Shown here in pieces: positions 36,212 through 48,331 of a DNA stretch of 64,000 bases. Made by a program: the position numbers and the translations under genes. The stretch is taken from contig OY253675.1 of assembly GCA_958009085.1 (NCBI GenBank), positions 186,001 through 250,000 of the forward strand. Reading direction: 5' to 3'. The notes under the pieces were generated by a model that worked only from the letters and a program-made list of their open reading frames with translations, had not been told where the DNA came from and searched no databases. Position 1 is the first letter of the stretch; each line of letters begins with the position of its first letter. Source of the stretch: Protoeuglena noctilucae (taxonomy: Eukaryota).

Positions 36212-38349
36212 ATGCTGGGGCCGGAGGATGCCGGGGCGCTCTGGAGGGCACTAGGGAAGCTCCTGCCATCGCTTCCACCAGAGGGTCACCGCAGAACGCC
36301 TGGGGCCCTCGCTACAGCGCTCCGCGCCGCCGCCGCGCTGCTTGACTCCGCGGCTGAGGCGTTTGAGTGAGAGCTGGATAGCGCGCGGCATCGATGGTGT
36401 TGCACCTGACGCTGCACCCCGCTTGCTTTTGGGCATCGCGCGTTCGCCACACGCGCCGTCGTGCCGCCCTCCCAGGGATGCACAGGAATGGGACGCCAAG
36501 CGCGCGCGGATGGACGCGTCGCCCGACCCGAGGAACCGTGTTGGCGGGGAGGAACGCGCTGAATCGACCTCTCAGCCCGCGGGTGTGACGGGGAAGAGGG
36601 CGCAGCGCCGGCCCCGCCCGTTCGACGTCGGCCGATACATGGCGCGCCGCGTGGCGATGGAGGTCGCTTACGTCGGCTGGCATTATCGCGGACTGGCCCG
36701 TCAAGAAGGCGCGGACGATACGATCGAGCATCACCTGTTTGCGGCCCTGCGCAAGACACGTCTCGTCCCAGACGACGTGTTGCCCGAAGCTCTGGGGTAC
36801 AGGTGCCTCGCCCGCGCGCCACATGCGTGCCCGTGCCCGCCGCTGCGCTGCCGCCCCGCCCCGACACCCGCCAATCGCCGCCTCGTGCCCCAGCCGCTGC
36901 GGCCGTACGGACCGTGGCGTGTCGGCGCTAAGTCAGGTCGTGACCTTCCAGCTCCGCTCTCGGGCGTTACGAGCGGACCACGTCGAGCTACCGGCGGCGG
37001 AAGGTGCTTGCCTGCGCGGGCCGCGCGCGCCAGGCAAAGGCCTAGCGCACGCACGGCCAGCATTGTACCCGCTGTCCGTGGCTTGCCTGCAGAGGAGCTG
37101 GACTACGTCGGGATGCTGAATGCGGTGCTGCCCGAGGACATTCAGGTCCTGGGGTGGTGTCCGGTGCCCGAGACCTTCAGCGCCCGCTTCGACTGCCGCG
37201 GCAGGTGCGGGCGACTCGCGCCTTGCATACCGCCCCTCTGCCTGACAAGGGGTGCAGCTGGCGGTCATATTCGGTCCCATGGAGATACTGCTGAATTCAC
37301 AACGCCCCATGTCACTTGCAGGGAGTACCGTTACCACATGTGCTCGCCTGGGACGCAACCCCTGGACGTCGACCGGATGCGTGCCGCTTGCTCTGCTCTC
37401 GTGGGGGAGCACGATTTCCGGAACTTCTGCAAGGCCGACCCCAACGTGCCCAATCACGTGCGCCGCATCCTCTCCTGTGACGTCGAGCGTGTGGCCGGGT
37501 GAGGCAGGGCGCGTGTCCACATGTGGTGTTAGGAGAGCAGTGGAGCGGTGCCCCGGCTTTGGCGGCATGCGTTGACACCAAAGGGTGTTTATTAACGACT
37601 GGACCGGGGCCTGAAGCACACATCGCCTGTTTAAGGATGCGCTCTGTTTGTTCTGGCACTCGCAGGTTGCCAGGGGTGGACGTGGTGCGGCTGACCGTGC
37701 GAGGTACAGCATTCCTGTGGCACCAGGTCCGGTGTTTGGTTGCCGTGCTGCGCCTGGTGGGGGAGGGCAAGGAGGACCCTTCTGTCGTGGCCGCCCTCCT
37801 GGACACCAGCGTCGTGCCGAGCCGGCCTCAGTACATGTGGGCCCCCGAGAGGCCCCTCCTGCTCTTCGGCAGCGCCTACGACGCCCTCCCATGGTACAGA
37901 CCCGCGAAACCGCTGAGCCTGGTGCTGGAGAAGCTCAGGGAGCGCCGCGCCGCGCTCACGGCCGAGGCAAGTGGCACGCAGTCGTGTCATGTCCGGGTGG
38001 CTGCTACCAAACGAGGCAATTGCTGCCAGCGAAACTGCGGCGACAAGTGTGCCGGACCTCACTTGCCAGCGCCAGCGTTGAGTCTCGTTGCAGCGCAGGC
38101 GCCCTCCGGCAAAACGGCACACCAAGCGTCGGTTTACACCGCTGTGCTTCGCAGGGCATGCTGCTGCTCGAGATGGAGCGGGGTATCGAGGAGCGCGCAC
38201 CTCACGTCGAGCCCGGGCCTGGCAGCGAGGCTGGAAAGAAACACGTGCCGCTTCTCTCGCGGGGGAGGGAGCCTTTAAGGGACGAGCGCACAGGGAAGAA
38301 GTGGGTGGCGGCGGCGACGCCCTGCAATACTATGGATACAGCGGACTAG
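36212..38349 (+). CDS. PUS3: tRNA pseudouridine(38/39) synthase, TruA family
   Basis: YVGWHYRGLARQE, YS|RCGRTDRGVSALSQV (catalytic D), ELDYVGMLNAVLPEDIQV, FSARFDC, GEHDFRNFCK, GTAFLWHQVRC, RPQYMWAPERPLLL. Confidence 0.92.
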
Positions 38350-38475
38350 GCTTGGCCCGTGCTTGACTCACAATCATACTCTGGGACCCAATGAAAGCAA
38401 CTGTTGCGAGTGTCACCATGTCACTGGCAACGTGGTGTGCAGCTGCCCAGCGCAGCCCTTCGCTCGCGCCACGGG

Positions 38476-39562
38476 CTATTGCGTCGCGTCCTGCGAAGGC
38501 TCGTCGCCCTCTTCGTCGGGGTTCCAATCGGGGGGCATGATGGTGGGCCAGTCGCCCCGGCAGCCGAGCTTGATGTAGAGAGCCTTTCGAAAGGGCAGGT
38601 CCGTGGGTTGCTTGGCCTCGGATCGAAGAAGCGTCTCGACGGCCTCCATCACACGTGGCCGGAGCACCTTGGCTGCGCCGCCGGGGCCCAGCCTGGCCAC
38701 TGAGGGGTCGACCTGAACGACGACGTCCGCATTGGCATACGCACCACGCTGCATGCGCCGAAGAGAGGATGCCTTTCCCGATGCGGTCGTTCGTGCGTCA
38801 AGGGGATTGCAGCAAGGTCAACTGCTAAGAGCATTTCTTTGCATTGTCATAGATTTGTAAGGGCACAACAGGACTGCAAGCGACCCCATCCCAGGACGAT
38901 GGCGGGGACAACAGGGCACCTGCGGGGCGTCCTCCTTGCTCTGCTGGGGTTCCACGTCCACCCAGGCCGTGACGTGGCCGAAGAGGTACCTCCAGCACGC
39001 CGCACGTGCTGCGGCCCCGTGCCCCCCTCCGCAGGTGCTGACGGCTGCACGGAGCTGGGTCGACAGCGACGCCAAGACCTGCATCTCCGCCACGCCGACG
39101 GCAGTGGGCCCTTCTTGCTCCCGGATAGCTGCGACGCTCTTGCCCGACGCCTTCTTGATAATGTCCGATGTATGGAGGGGAACGTACTTCAGTGCCCGAC
39201 CGACCTGGTGAGCGAACGCGGGCCTTTTCGCGCACTGCGCAGTCCAGCTGCTAACCAGATGGCCGCAGGTGTCTCACCTCCTCCGCGACCTCTCTGTTCA
39301 AGACGCCGTCGTCCCCCACGATGGCCAGCGATATCGCCTTCAGTGATGGACCCAAAGAGAGGCGGTCGGGCCCCCCCGTCTTCGCCTCTCGCTTGCGACC
39401 GAAGCCCGTCGCCGCGCATATAGCTAGCCGTCGTTCGGGCCTCACGCAGTGCAGGCCGTGAGCCGGCAGACAAGCCGGGAGGTGGGCGAGACGCACGCCG
39501 GCTCCTGCACGCGCTTGCCACTGGGCCGCGCCGTGCATGGTGGCGTTCAGCGGCTTTCCCAT
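38476..39562 (-). CDS. SKL2: Shikimate kinase-like 2 (inactive), plastid, 3 exons
   Basis: LKAISLAIVGDDGVLNREVAEE|VGRALKYVPLHT...EGPTAV..AEMQVLASLSTQLRAAVSTCGGGHGAAAR...AYANADVVV...KALYIKLGCRGDWPTIMPPDWNP matches the plant SKL2 C-terminal signature LYIRLGCRGDWP. Start is 39562 or 39538. Confidence 0.85.
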
Positions 39563-39778
39563 GCTGACGGCGGCATCGGTTGCCACGCCGTCACGCACTC
39601 GGCGGCGCTGGCAAGCGGAAGAAGCCGTCAGGAGGCAGCGCTAGTAAACTGCAGGTGTTTCAGGACGGCCCGTGCCTCAGGCTCATCCTGCACGCTTGGT
39701 ATCGCTTCGGCTTTTAGAGCAGCTTCTCTCCTCGTGTTCGCGAACAGCGTCACCGCTCGTCTGGACGCGGCGGTGCGG

Positions 39779-40518
39779 ATGAAGTCTGCTCGCGCCCCCC
39801 TCGACCGTCCGGGTCCCAGCGCGTCCCTATCCGTTGCGACACCTCGTGCGAAGATTGGGCGACCGGGCGCGGAGCGAGGCCAGGTCCTGGGCCAGAAGCA
39901 GAGACAGGTGCCGAGGCTGTCGGCATTTCGAAATTTCCGGGAAACTCGCGGAGGCGGCTGGGCGACTCTGCAACCCAACACCTCCATCTGCACATTTGCT
40001 GACGCCAGACCCTGCGATTCGATCCTCGGGACGCCCGCAGCCGCCAGCGCCGCGGCCCAAGGAGGGTGCCGAGGACTGCGCGAGCTGCACGAGCCAGGCC
40101 GTCCCCAAGCCGCCTTGCGACGAGAACGGCAAACGAGAGGAGCATGCCTCAGACACGCTCGCATACGACGACAAGACAAGCCCCTCCGCGCCAGGTCAGT
40201 GTCGCGGTCCGGGCGAAGTGCAGGTGGCTTCTGCGTGGTGCTGACGCGGCGCTGGGAGCCGCGCATGCAGGCGAGCGCCTTCGCGGACCGTCGGAGTTGG
40301 ATCAGACCGTCGTCAGCCTGATCCAGCAGGCAAGGAAGTGTTCGAGGTAACACTCTCTTCACAAGGTGCTGCCCAGGCACGCTCCCAACGCACACGGCCC
40401 CTGACCGCCACCGCAGAGCGAGCGTCGACTGCGCGGACTCCTCGTCGCCTCCCTGGCCCTCAACGGGGCCCTGCTGCTGCTGGCGCTCGCCACGTGGCGC
40501 CTGGACGGCGAGTGCTGA
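39779..40518 (+). CDS. Hypothetical spliced protein, possibly tail-anchored
   Basis: Splice-site-bounded blocks; the last reads SERRLRGLLVASLALNGALLLLALATWRLDGEC*. The frame of the upstream exons is ambiguous. Confidence 0.3.
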
Positions 40519-40553
40519 GGGGCGCCGGTCCCGCCCGCACAGTCTGCAACGCT

Positions 40554-41574
40554 TCACACCGACTGCTTGACCGGCACGGCGCTGTCGGCCAGCAAGTCGA
40601 CCACGTCGTTGTAGAAGCTCTTCACCGGCGACTCCTTGTAGGCGATGGCGGCCTCGATCGCATCCTGGAAGGCCTTCACGACGTTGGTGCCGTCCGCGGC
40701 GGAGACGAAATAGAAGGGCAGGTCCCGCTCGGATGCGAACTGGGGCCAGGGAGGGTGCGGGCGTTTGGTGCACGGCAAGCGGGTTGTGCCGCACCATGCC
40801 ATTGCTGGCAGCGAGCGCAAGACACGCCTTGAACGACTTGGTGGTGATGCCGTAGTCCTCGTCAATCTTGTTGGCGACCACGAACGTGGGGACGCCCTTG
40901 CAGTACTCCTGCAGCTCGTCCCACCACGTGCGTAGGTTGTTGTAGGTGACCTTGCGGGTCGCATCGAACACCATGATGCAGGCGTGCGCGCCGTAGTAGT
41001 AGCTCGGGTGCAGCGAGCTGAACTGCTCCTGCCCCGCCGTGTCCCAGATGTCCACCGCCATCTCCGACCCGTCCGCGCGTTTGTGCTTGTGCTGGTACAG
41101 GGTCAGGGCGTACCTGCAGACACGGAACGACAGGCGTGGCTGATAGGCGAACAGGCGGGGGCTTTGAAAACACGGGGCGGGTCCGTAGAGGCGGGGCGGG
41201 GCAGGTCCTGCTCACGTCGACAACGTGTGGGGCTTGTAGCCGTCCATCAGGAAGCGCTCGACCAGCTTTGACTTCCCCACCGCAGAGTCTCCGAGTAGGA
41301 TAATCTTGACCGTGTGCTTGCCCGGCACCAGCGAAGGCTCCTCCTTCCCCGACGTGGACGCTGCGGTGGGGGGCTGGCACGAACGCGTTGTGACACTCAA
41401 GCACGTCGGCACGCGCAGCTCCGCGTGCCACTCGACAACGGAGCGAGTGGGCGCAGGGAGGCGGGCAGGACACGCCGGCGCCCGGCCGAGGCGGGATTCA
41501 AATGGCGACGCTGCTCTCCACCGAGATCCCCCCGCCAGGGGCCCCGGAATGGGCACTGGACACGCAGCCGCCAT
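40554..41574 (-). CDS. RABL2: Rab-like protein 2 (ciliary IFT-B-associated GTPase)
   Basis: VKIILLGDSAVGKSKLVERFLMDGY...LST|YALTLY, WDTAGQE, HPSYYYGAHACIMVFD, RKVTY, VANKID, FVSAADGTNVVK; no C-terminal prenylation Cys. Start codon tentative. Confidence 0.92.
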
Positions 41575-42185
41575 CGCGAATACACAAATTCAGCGTCAGG
41601 CGCCCCTGGCCGATCCACGGTCGCCTCGGTGTGTCACCTGCGGACTCTTGCCGCTGCGTCGTCATGCTGGACAGACCCACTCGCTCGGCGGGGCGACGCC
41701 CGGACGACACGCTCGCTTCCGTGCTTGTCCTCGCAGCAGCCTCAGCGCGCTCTCTGCCCTACCCTCGCGACCTCAGCCCTGACTTGGGACCCAGGCCAGC
41801 AAGCCGTCAAATCCGAAGTGCGCCGTCGGTCGTCTGATTGACAGTGGTCGCTGTCGTGGAGAGAACAACGGTCATTTCGGGTCCGTTCCTGGCGCCAGTC
41901 TTCCGTGTCGAGTCCTGGGCAACGCACTTGAAGGGCCTGCCCCTCTGTTGGCCTCTAGACAGCAGCTAGGTTATAGGAGCGTGCCGGGTCAGGTCCTCGG
42001 CTTAGCAGCGCGCGAACACTGTGGTCCGTGCACGCTTCGTACTCGTGGACCGTGGCTGAGCCGCGGCAGGCCTCTTGCGTACACTCAAGCTTCACGATAC
42101 GTTGCATAGGCTAGCTGTGCGTGGAGTGCGCGGGGAAGGGCTGGACGCGTGCGCCGGGGGCGCTGGCGTGGTGGGGGGGCCGTTG

Positions 42186-43710
42186 ATGGCGGGGCGGGGA
42201 GCGTGCGCGGCGCTGCTGGCGCTCGCTGCCGTGTTCACGCTGCTCGCGCGGGGAACGGTTGCGGGAGATGCCACGTACAACCCATGTGACCCTCTCCCGG
42301 ACTACCTCAAGTGAGCGAGCGTGCTTGCCTGTGCCAACTCTCCCTCGCGGCGCCTCCCCGCGCTCCCGACGCTTGTCGCAAGGCTGTCCTTGCAGGGGAG
42401 AGCTCATGACCATCGGAATTGCGTTCTGGCCGGGCGGCCGCATCGAGGACTGGAAGAACCTGTCCCCGTGCAAGGACATCACCACGCTGCAGGCCGCGGG
42501 GGTGCAGGTCGCCGTGTACCAGGTCAAGGTCGACACTCTCACGGGCCTCACGTGACTGCCGCGCGACTCTCCGGCCGCTCCGCGCTCCCCGCGGCCCCCT
42601 TGCACACGCACACGACCCTTCCAACGCGTTGCGCCCGCGACCACCCCCGCAGGACGTCGGCCACAGTCGTTTCGGGCCTGGAGTCCATGGCGTTTGCTGC
42701 GAACCGGCAGTACGTGAGCGCGGTGGCCTTCCGGGGCATCTACGTGACGGACCCCGTGTACGTGGACGTGCTGCAGACCAACCCGGACGCGACCGTGTCG
42801 GGCCGCGGCGTCGTGAACTCCCTCTCTTTCAATGGTGGGTGCTGCTCGGCTCTCACGTAGTCGCGCGCGGCTTCGCGGCCCTCTTTGCGCCGCGGTTGCT
42901 CATCGACAGCTGGCCAGCGAAACGAGGGGTCGAAATCCTTACGATTCGTGCCCCTGCAGTCCGTTTGGAGTATGGCCGCATCGTGGCGATGCAGTTCCTC
43001 GAGCAGAACTGCGACCGGTGCGGCGGGAGCTCGTCGGTCTTATGCGTGGGGCGCTTTGCATGCTCCACGGCCATCTCTGACTGCAAGAGCAGCTCATACC
43101 TGGTGAGTTAGAGACACGCAACGTTTCGCGAATGTCTTCTGTCACCAGCGCGGAGCCTGGGGCTCCACGAGCCCCCACTGCGACGCCTACTGTGTCCTCT
43201 GTGTCCTCAACGGGGCAACACGCTGCCATTTGCAGTCGAGCTCCAGCCCGAACCGCTACAAGTGCAAGACCTACTTCCACATCGGCTTCACGGGCTGGGA
43301 TCGGCGGTGGCAGGTCATGGAGACGGGCGCCATCAACCGCACAGTGAGTCGGGAATTGCAGAGGCTTTGCAACGCAACACCGGCACTGTCAGAGATGGTT
43401 GTTATAAACATGACTCGCCCGTCGAGAAGCGGCCGTTCGGGACCAGTGCAATGGCACGCGCCTGAGCTGGAGCCAAGTATGAGTGACGGCAGCAGCCCCC
43501 TGTTACCGGCCCCACCCATGCCCCCTGCAGCTCGAGGGGCGGCTGGCGGCAGACGCCGTGTATCTTGCGCTGGAGGACAAGTATCGTCAGCAGGCCGCGT
43601 CGGCGCCGGCGATGCCAACACCCACGCCCACTCCCACACCTAAGCCGACTCCGACCCCTTCGCCCACTCCCACGCACACGCCCACGCCGACACCCTCTCC
43701 CACACCTTGA
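42186..43710 (+). CDS. Secreted Cys-rich protein of a plant-conserved uncharacterised family, with Pro-Thr/Ser tail
   Basis: Signal peptide (AALLALAAVFTLLARGTVAG), YNPC, TIGIAF, LSPC, VAVYQVKVD, CDRCGG..VLCV, HIGFTGWD, and a (PT)n C-terminus. Confidence 0.7.
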
Positions 43711-43912
43711 CGCCTCTAGCCTGCGTTTTTGACGGCGCACCGGTCATCGGTTTTCTCTCATTTGTACCAGAGAGGGCTCTGGTCGTAGCTAAGTACAACA
43801 TTTGAAAGTGGGTGAGAAAGGCTAGCTGTTGACATTGCGCGCTACCATGCCACCATGCCAGCGAATGGATGCACGAAAGTGACGCACAACCCTGTTACCG
43901 CCACGGCATGGC

Positions 43913-46534
43913 CTACTGCGCAGCCCTGGTACTGGCACCATGCGCGAAGGCGGCAGCTATGGATGCCAGGGAGCCTGCCAGAGTATCTTGGCCACGCATG
44001 GCATCGAGGCTGTTCGCGGCACTGCTGTTATCACTGCCGCGGTCGCCCTCCCACGCTGCTACCATGGACTGCACCAGCCTGTCCCACTCCCTCTCTACCG
44101 CCTCCCTTGCCGTCGCCAGCGCCGCCCCAGACCACCACCCTGCAGACGCAAAGCGACGAGGCTGCTCGGCAAGTTCCGCAAGCCATTCTGTCCCCACCTC
44201 GCCAGGACTCACTGCTTCCCAGTTCGCCATGTCTGTGGCGAGTAGACGTCCTGATACTCGCCCCTTCTCATCCATCATAGCAATACAAACCCACGGCCCC
44301 TCACCGGTCTGCGGCGAGTAGACGTCCTGAAACTCGAGCTGTGCCTCCCGGGTGCCAGGTGCCGCGACCTGCATCACGCGGCCCATGGGCACAAGGGCCG
44401 ACGTCCCGGACGGCAGCGCCGCCAGCGCCCAGAGCGCGCCCTCTGGGACAGTCGCGGCGGGCTCCATCGTCGCCCACGGCTGCCGGACGCGGCAGGCCAC
44501 CGGCTGCAGGAGAGCCGCGGAGGGGTCCCGGCGGGGATCGAACCCGCGACGCACGAGGGTGTCCGCGAAGGGCCCCGACAAGAAGCTGCGGGGGTGGAGA
44601 AGGGCAAGGAGGTTTGTTTCGAGAAACGAGCGGTTGTTTCATGCAACGAGCGCTGTAAAGGGAGAGACGGGAACACACTGAGAGATGGATACAACACAAC
44701 ACCCGTAAGCAAGGCACATGCTGATGCTGTCACATTAGCATCCGACAAGCCAACCACGGCGCTTGCCTGTAACACCACCTCCGGACGGCCTTCTCAATGG
44801 CCTCTCCCGGTAGATTGGCGGGCGCGAGTTCCGACAGCAGGTCAGCAGGAGTCCACACGGCGCAGCGCATGGCCAGGGAGCGCAGTCGGTCCGATGCTCG
44901 GTCAGCGTCGGCGTCGGTCCCTTGGGGCTTCGCGCCGCCCTCTTCTCCGTAAGCAGGGACCTGCATGGGACGGGGTGGGGAGGGCGCACGTTGGCAGGGC
45001 GACATCACGAGCGGTCATGGCTATTACAGCTCAGCCATGCAAGGGTGCGGTTGTATGTTGGATGTTTGTCGTCTACGGATCGCATGACCAGCATGCTAGC
45101 CTATTGTCTCCCATCCTCACACCTGCGGCACGTCCGGTGCCACGCGGCGCACGGCCTGCAACAACGCTCCCCACGGCTGACTGACGCCCTCCTCCTGCCC
45201 TTCCCTCTCGTTCGCACCCTGCATGTCCACGCATGGTCGAACGCGTCAGCATGAGAATGATGCAACGATGGGAGCGCGAGAAAACCGCAACCACCCCCTT
45301 CGGCAGTGCTTGGCAGCTTACACCGACATGTTCTGCATCGCAAGTCACAACCACCTAACCCGACCCTCTTCGCCACTATGTTCTTGCCATGCGACCCCTG
45401 CTACTGCAGCGCAAGCTGACACAGAGGCCGAGCAGAGGCACAGCCCAAAAGGCACGCACCCGGTCCTCCTGAGGCGCGGCATCGGACTTGCGGCCCTTCC
45501 TGCTGCGGCTCGCACGGACGCCCAGGCCCCACGACTCTTTCTCGAAGATATTCGAGGGATTGTCGATGCGGGAGAAGAGGGGAGGGATCATGCAGAGTGG
45601 CTCGTCGCTACTGCGGACAAGAGCGGAGGGTCACGGCCGTCGATTGCTCGCGCAGGGTGACTAGCGCTGGGCCGGTACGCGACATGACACAAGCATGAGA
45701 ACGCCACATCTTACATGTGCTCCTCAGTCTGCTCGTCGAACAGCGCGACACCTCACACCAGGCCGGCTGGGGACCCCTCGCTGCGCCCCTCGCCATTTGC
45801 AGCGACATCCCTGTCACCTGAGGAGATTTTCCGCGGCGTCTTCTCCGGCGTCCACGGGACTCCAATCGAGGAGATGCCCGTAGCCATTGCGTAGCGTACC
45901 CACGTTAGCGGGAGGGCGGTACTGGAAGTCAGCCATGTTGGGAAACGAATGGACGGATTCCACGACCGCAGCCACGCGCGAATTCTGCGAGCGCAGAGGA
46001 GACGGGCCGCGGCGGGCTTTGGCCCGGGGCTATGGCTCAGGAGGCTGTGCGAAGTCGCGACGTGACGTCGGCGAAGCAAATCCAAACGATGCGCTCCGCT
46101 CGCCTGGAAGCCGTCTCCCTCTCCCAATTGCAGCAGGAGTCCGGGATGCTTGACCCGCACGGAGAAGGCGGGGTGGCAGAAGGGGTCCTCCGGGCGGAAA
46201 CGGAGGGCCAGCATGTCCGTCTTGCCCGCGACGAGCGCGGAGATCGCGGCGGATCCGCCGAGCGCCTCTATGACTCTGCGCACAGCAGCGAGCGCGGGCT
46301 GAGGCGTCGTCAGCGGCGCGCGGAGTGCTCCCGTGCGCTCAGCTACAGTTACGGGGCCGAGTCTTTGCACCGACAAGAAGATAGAGCGCAGGATTGAAGT
46401 GATGGCATCACTTGCCTTTCCTTGTCGCGGACGTAGCCAGGGAAGAGCACTCCCACCACCTTGTTGCGCGGAATCCGCCCCTCGCTGCCGGGCCCGGGCC
46501 CCGCGCCTCCCGGGTCCCCCTCATTCCCCACCAT
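43913..46534 (-). CDS. GTF3C5: RNA polymerase III transcription factor IIIC subunit 5 (Tau95/Sfc1)
   Basis: VLFPGYVRDKER|VIEALGG...LALRFRPEDPFCHP, FPNMADFQY, PPLFSRID, AVWT, GPFADTLVRRGFDPRRDP. The 3' end is approximate. Confidence 0.82.
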
Positions 46535-46740
46535 CCAAGCCAACGGACAGGGACCTTTGCGAAGACTACGTCACAAGTGCCCACGAGCGTGGAAGGGCGT
46601 GTTGGCCGAGTTTCGTGAAGTCTCGTGTTGAAGCAAGACTAAACAGATCCTTGGCTGAGCAACGGACCACATCAATGCTACAGGAACGCAGGAACGCTTT
46701 GTGCACGATCATCAGCCGGACCTACCAGTATATCCGCCCG

Positions 46741-47910
46741 CTACCCCGCTGCCAGCAGGTGCGGGTGCGCGTGCCAGAATGCGTCCCTGATGATGTCCTC
46801 GTGCACCACCTCCACCGCGCTCTTCTGCCGCACGATGGGCTCCCCCCGCGAGCTGACCGCGTCCACCGCCCGCGTGACCCGCAGCACCACCGAGCCCCGG
46901 CGAAACATGGCCGGCAGCTCTGCGTAGTTTATCCCAAAGGTGGAGAACAGCAGCTCGTTTTTGAAATCACTCAGCGTCCCCTCCAGCACCTTCTGCGCCT
47001 CTTGCTGCGAGGAGGCAGAGTCGAGATCGTCAGGTCACGACCACACCGCGGCTGACACACGCACGTCACCTACAGGGGCGAGTGGCTGGCAACTGCTCGC
47101 CTTGGTCTTTCCCGACTTGACCAGGCACCAGAAGCACGTGTTGTACAGGTTGTTGATGTGGGTGTCCACCTGCCGCCAGCTCAGGTAGTCCCGGAGCGTC
47201 CGGTCGGAAGGGTACAGCACAGCACGTCCGTCGAACTGGGGAGGGTAGAGCAGCTGCGGGTAACAACAGCGGGCGGGGAGTGTGAGGAAGAGCTGTCAGC
47301 TGCGCTGCTGCAGCTCCAGCACAGGCGCCTGTCCACAGCATGGCGGTGGGACACTGTGAGGGACGCGACATGCAATGCTTGCCTTGCTGTCCGGAAAGAA
47401 CTCGGGCCACAGGAAAACGTACTGCCCCGCGAAGGCGCTGGCGAAGACGCTGACCAGCTTGTACCCACGCCTGCCCCAGAGCTTTGAGTCCTTGCTCAGC
47501 ACGAAGCTGCAGGGGCGGACCGTAAGCTGCTGCTTTCGTAACTGCTCAACAGCGTAGCGAGGCGAGCGGCAGCGTGGGAAAAGATCGTCACCTGTATTCG
47601 TCCGATTCTCCGAATGCGATTCGGATGTCGGGGAACTCCTTGGCAAGCGCCACCGCGCACGCGTTCATCAGGTCGAGCGCCCGCGCGTCGTTGGGCTTCT
47701 CAAAGCCGTGCTCATCGCTGAGAAGGATACTAAGGAGGGTACGGATGAAGTTGTGGACATCGACACGCCGCGGCGGTGCCGAGGGAGGCAGCGGCAGCAC
47801 CTGAAGCGCGTGAAGCCCCGTCCGTCGAGGCGGATGACGACCCAGCATCCCGGGAGCAACGGTACGTCCTGCTCGTAGGCTTTCACGTACTCGTACTGGC
47901 TGTTCGCCAT
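46741..47910 (-). CDS. THG1: tRNA-His guanylyltransferase, 5 exons
   Basis: [98 protein letters not shown]. Confidence 0.96.
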
Positions 47911-48331
47911 GCGGCGGCGCACGCAGGCCTCGCGACAGGAGCCGTGGCGCGGTGGGAAGGAGCCTACCCCTTTTAATCACGTCCGACGTGTATATCGACC
48001 GATACTCCCAGTTCCCGAGCAATTCACATCGATGCGATCATGTACAGCAGAGCTTTCGTCACAGACATGGCCGCCAGGACGGGAAAACGTGCATCGTCAG
48101 TGGCTGCCAGAGCACCCCTGGTTTGCACTCGACTCTGGGCGATGACCCCGACGCACTCTCGCTGATGTTCAGAAACCAACTTCTCTCTGCGTTTTCGGCG
48201 TTTCTGACCACATCCTCGCGTCTTGCAGGTCGTAAAGAAAGGGTCAGTTGCCGTCGGCAACGTGTGCCCGCACAGAGCCCTGCGGCGGGGGTCGGACGCA
48301 GGCCTTTGGCTGTAATACGCGAGCTTCGTTC

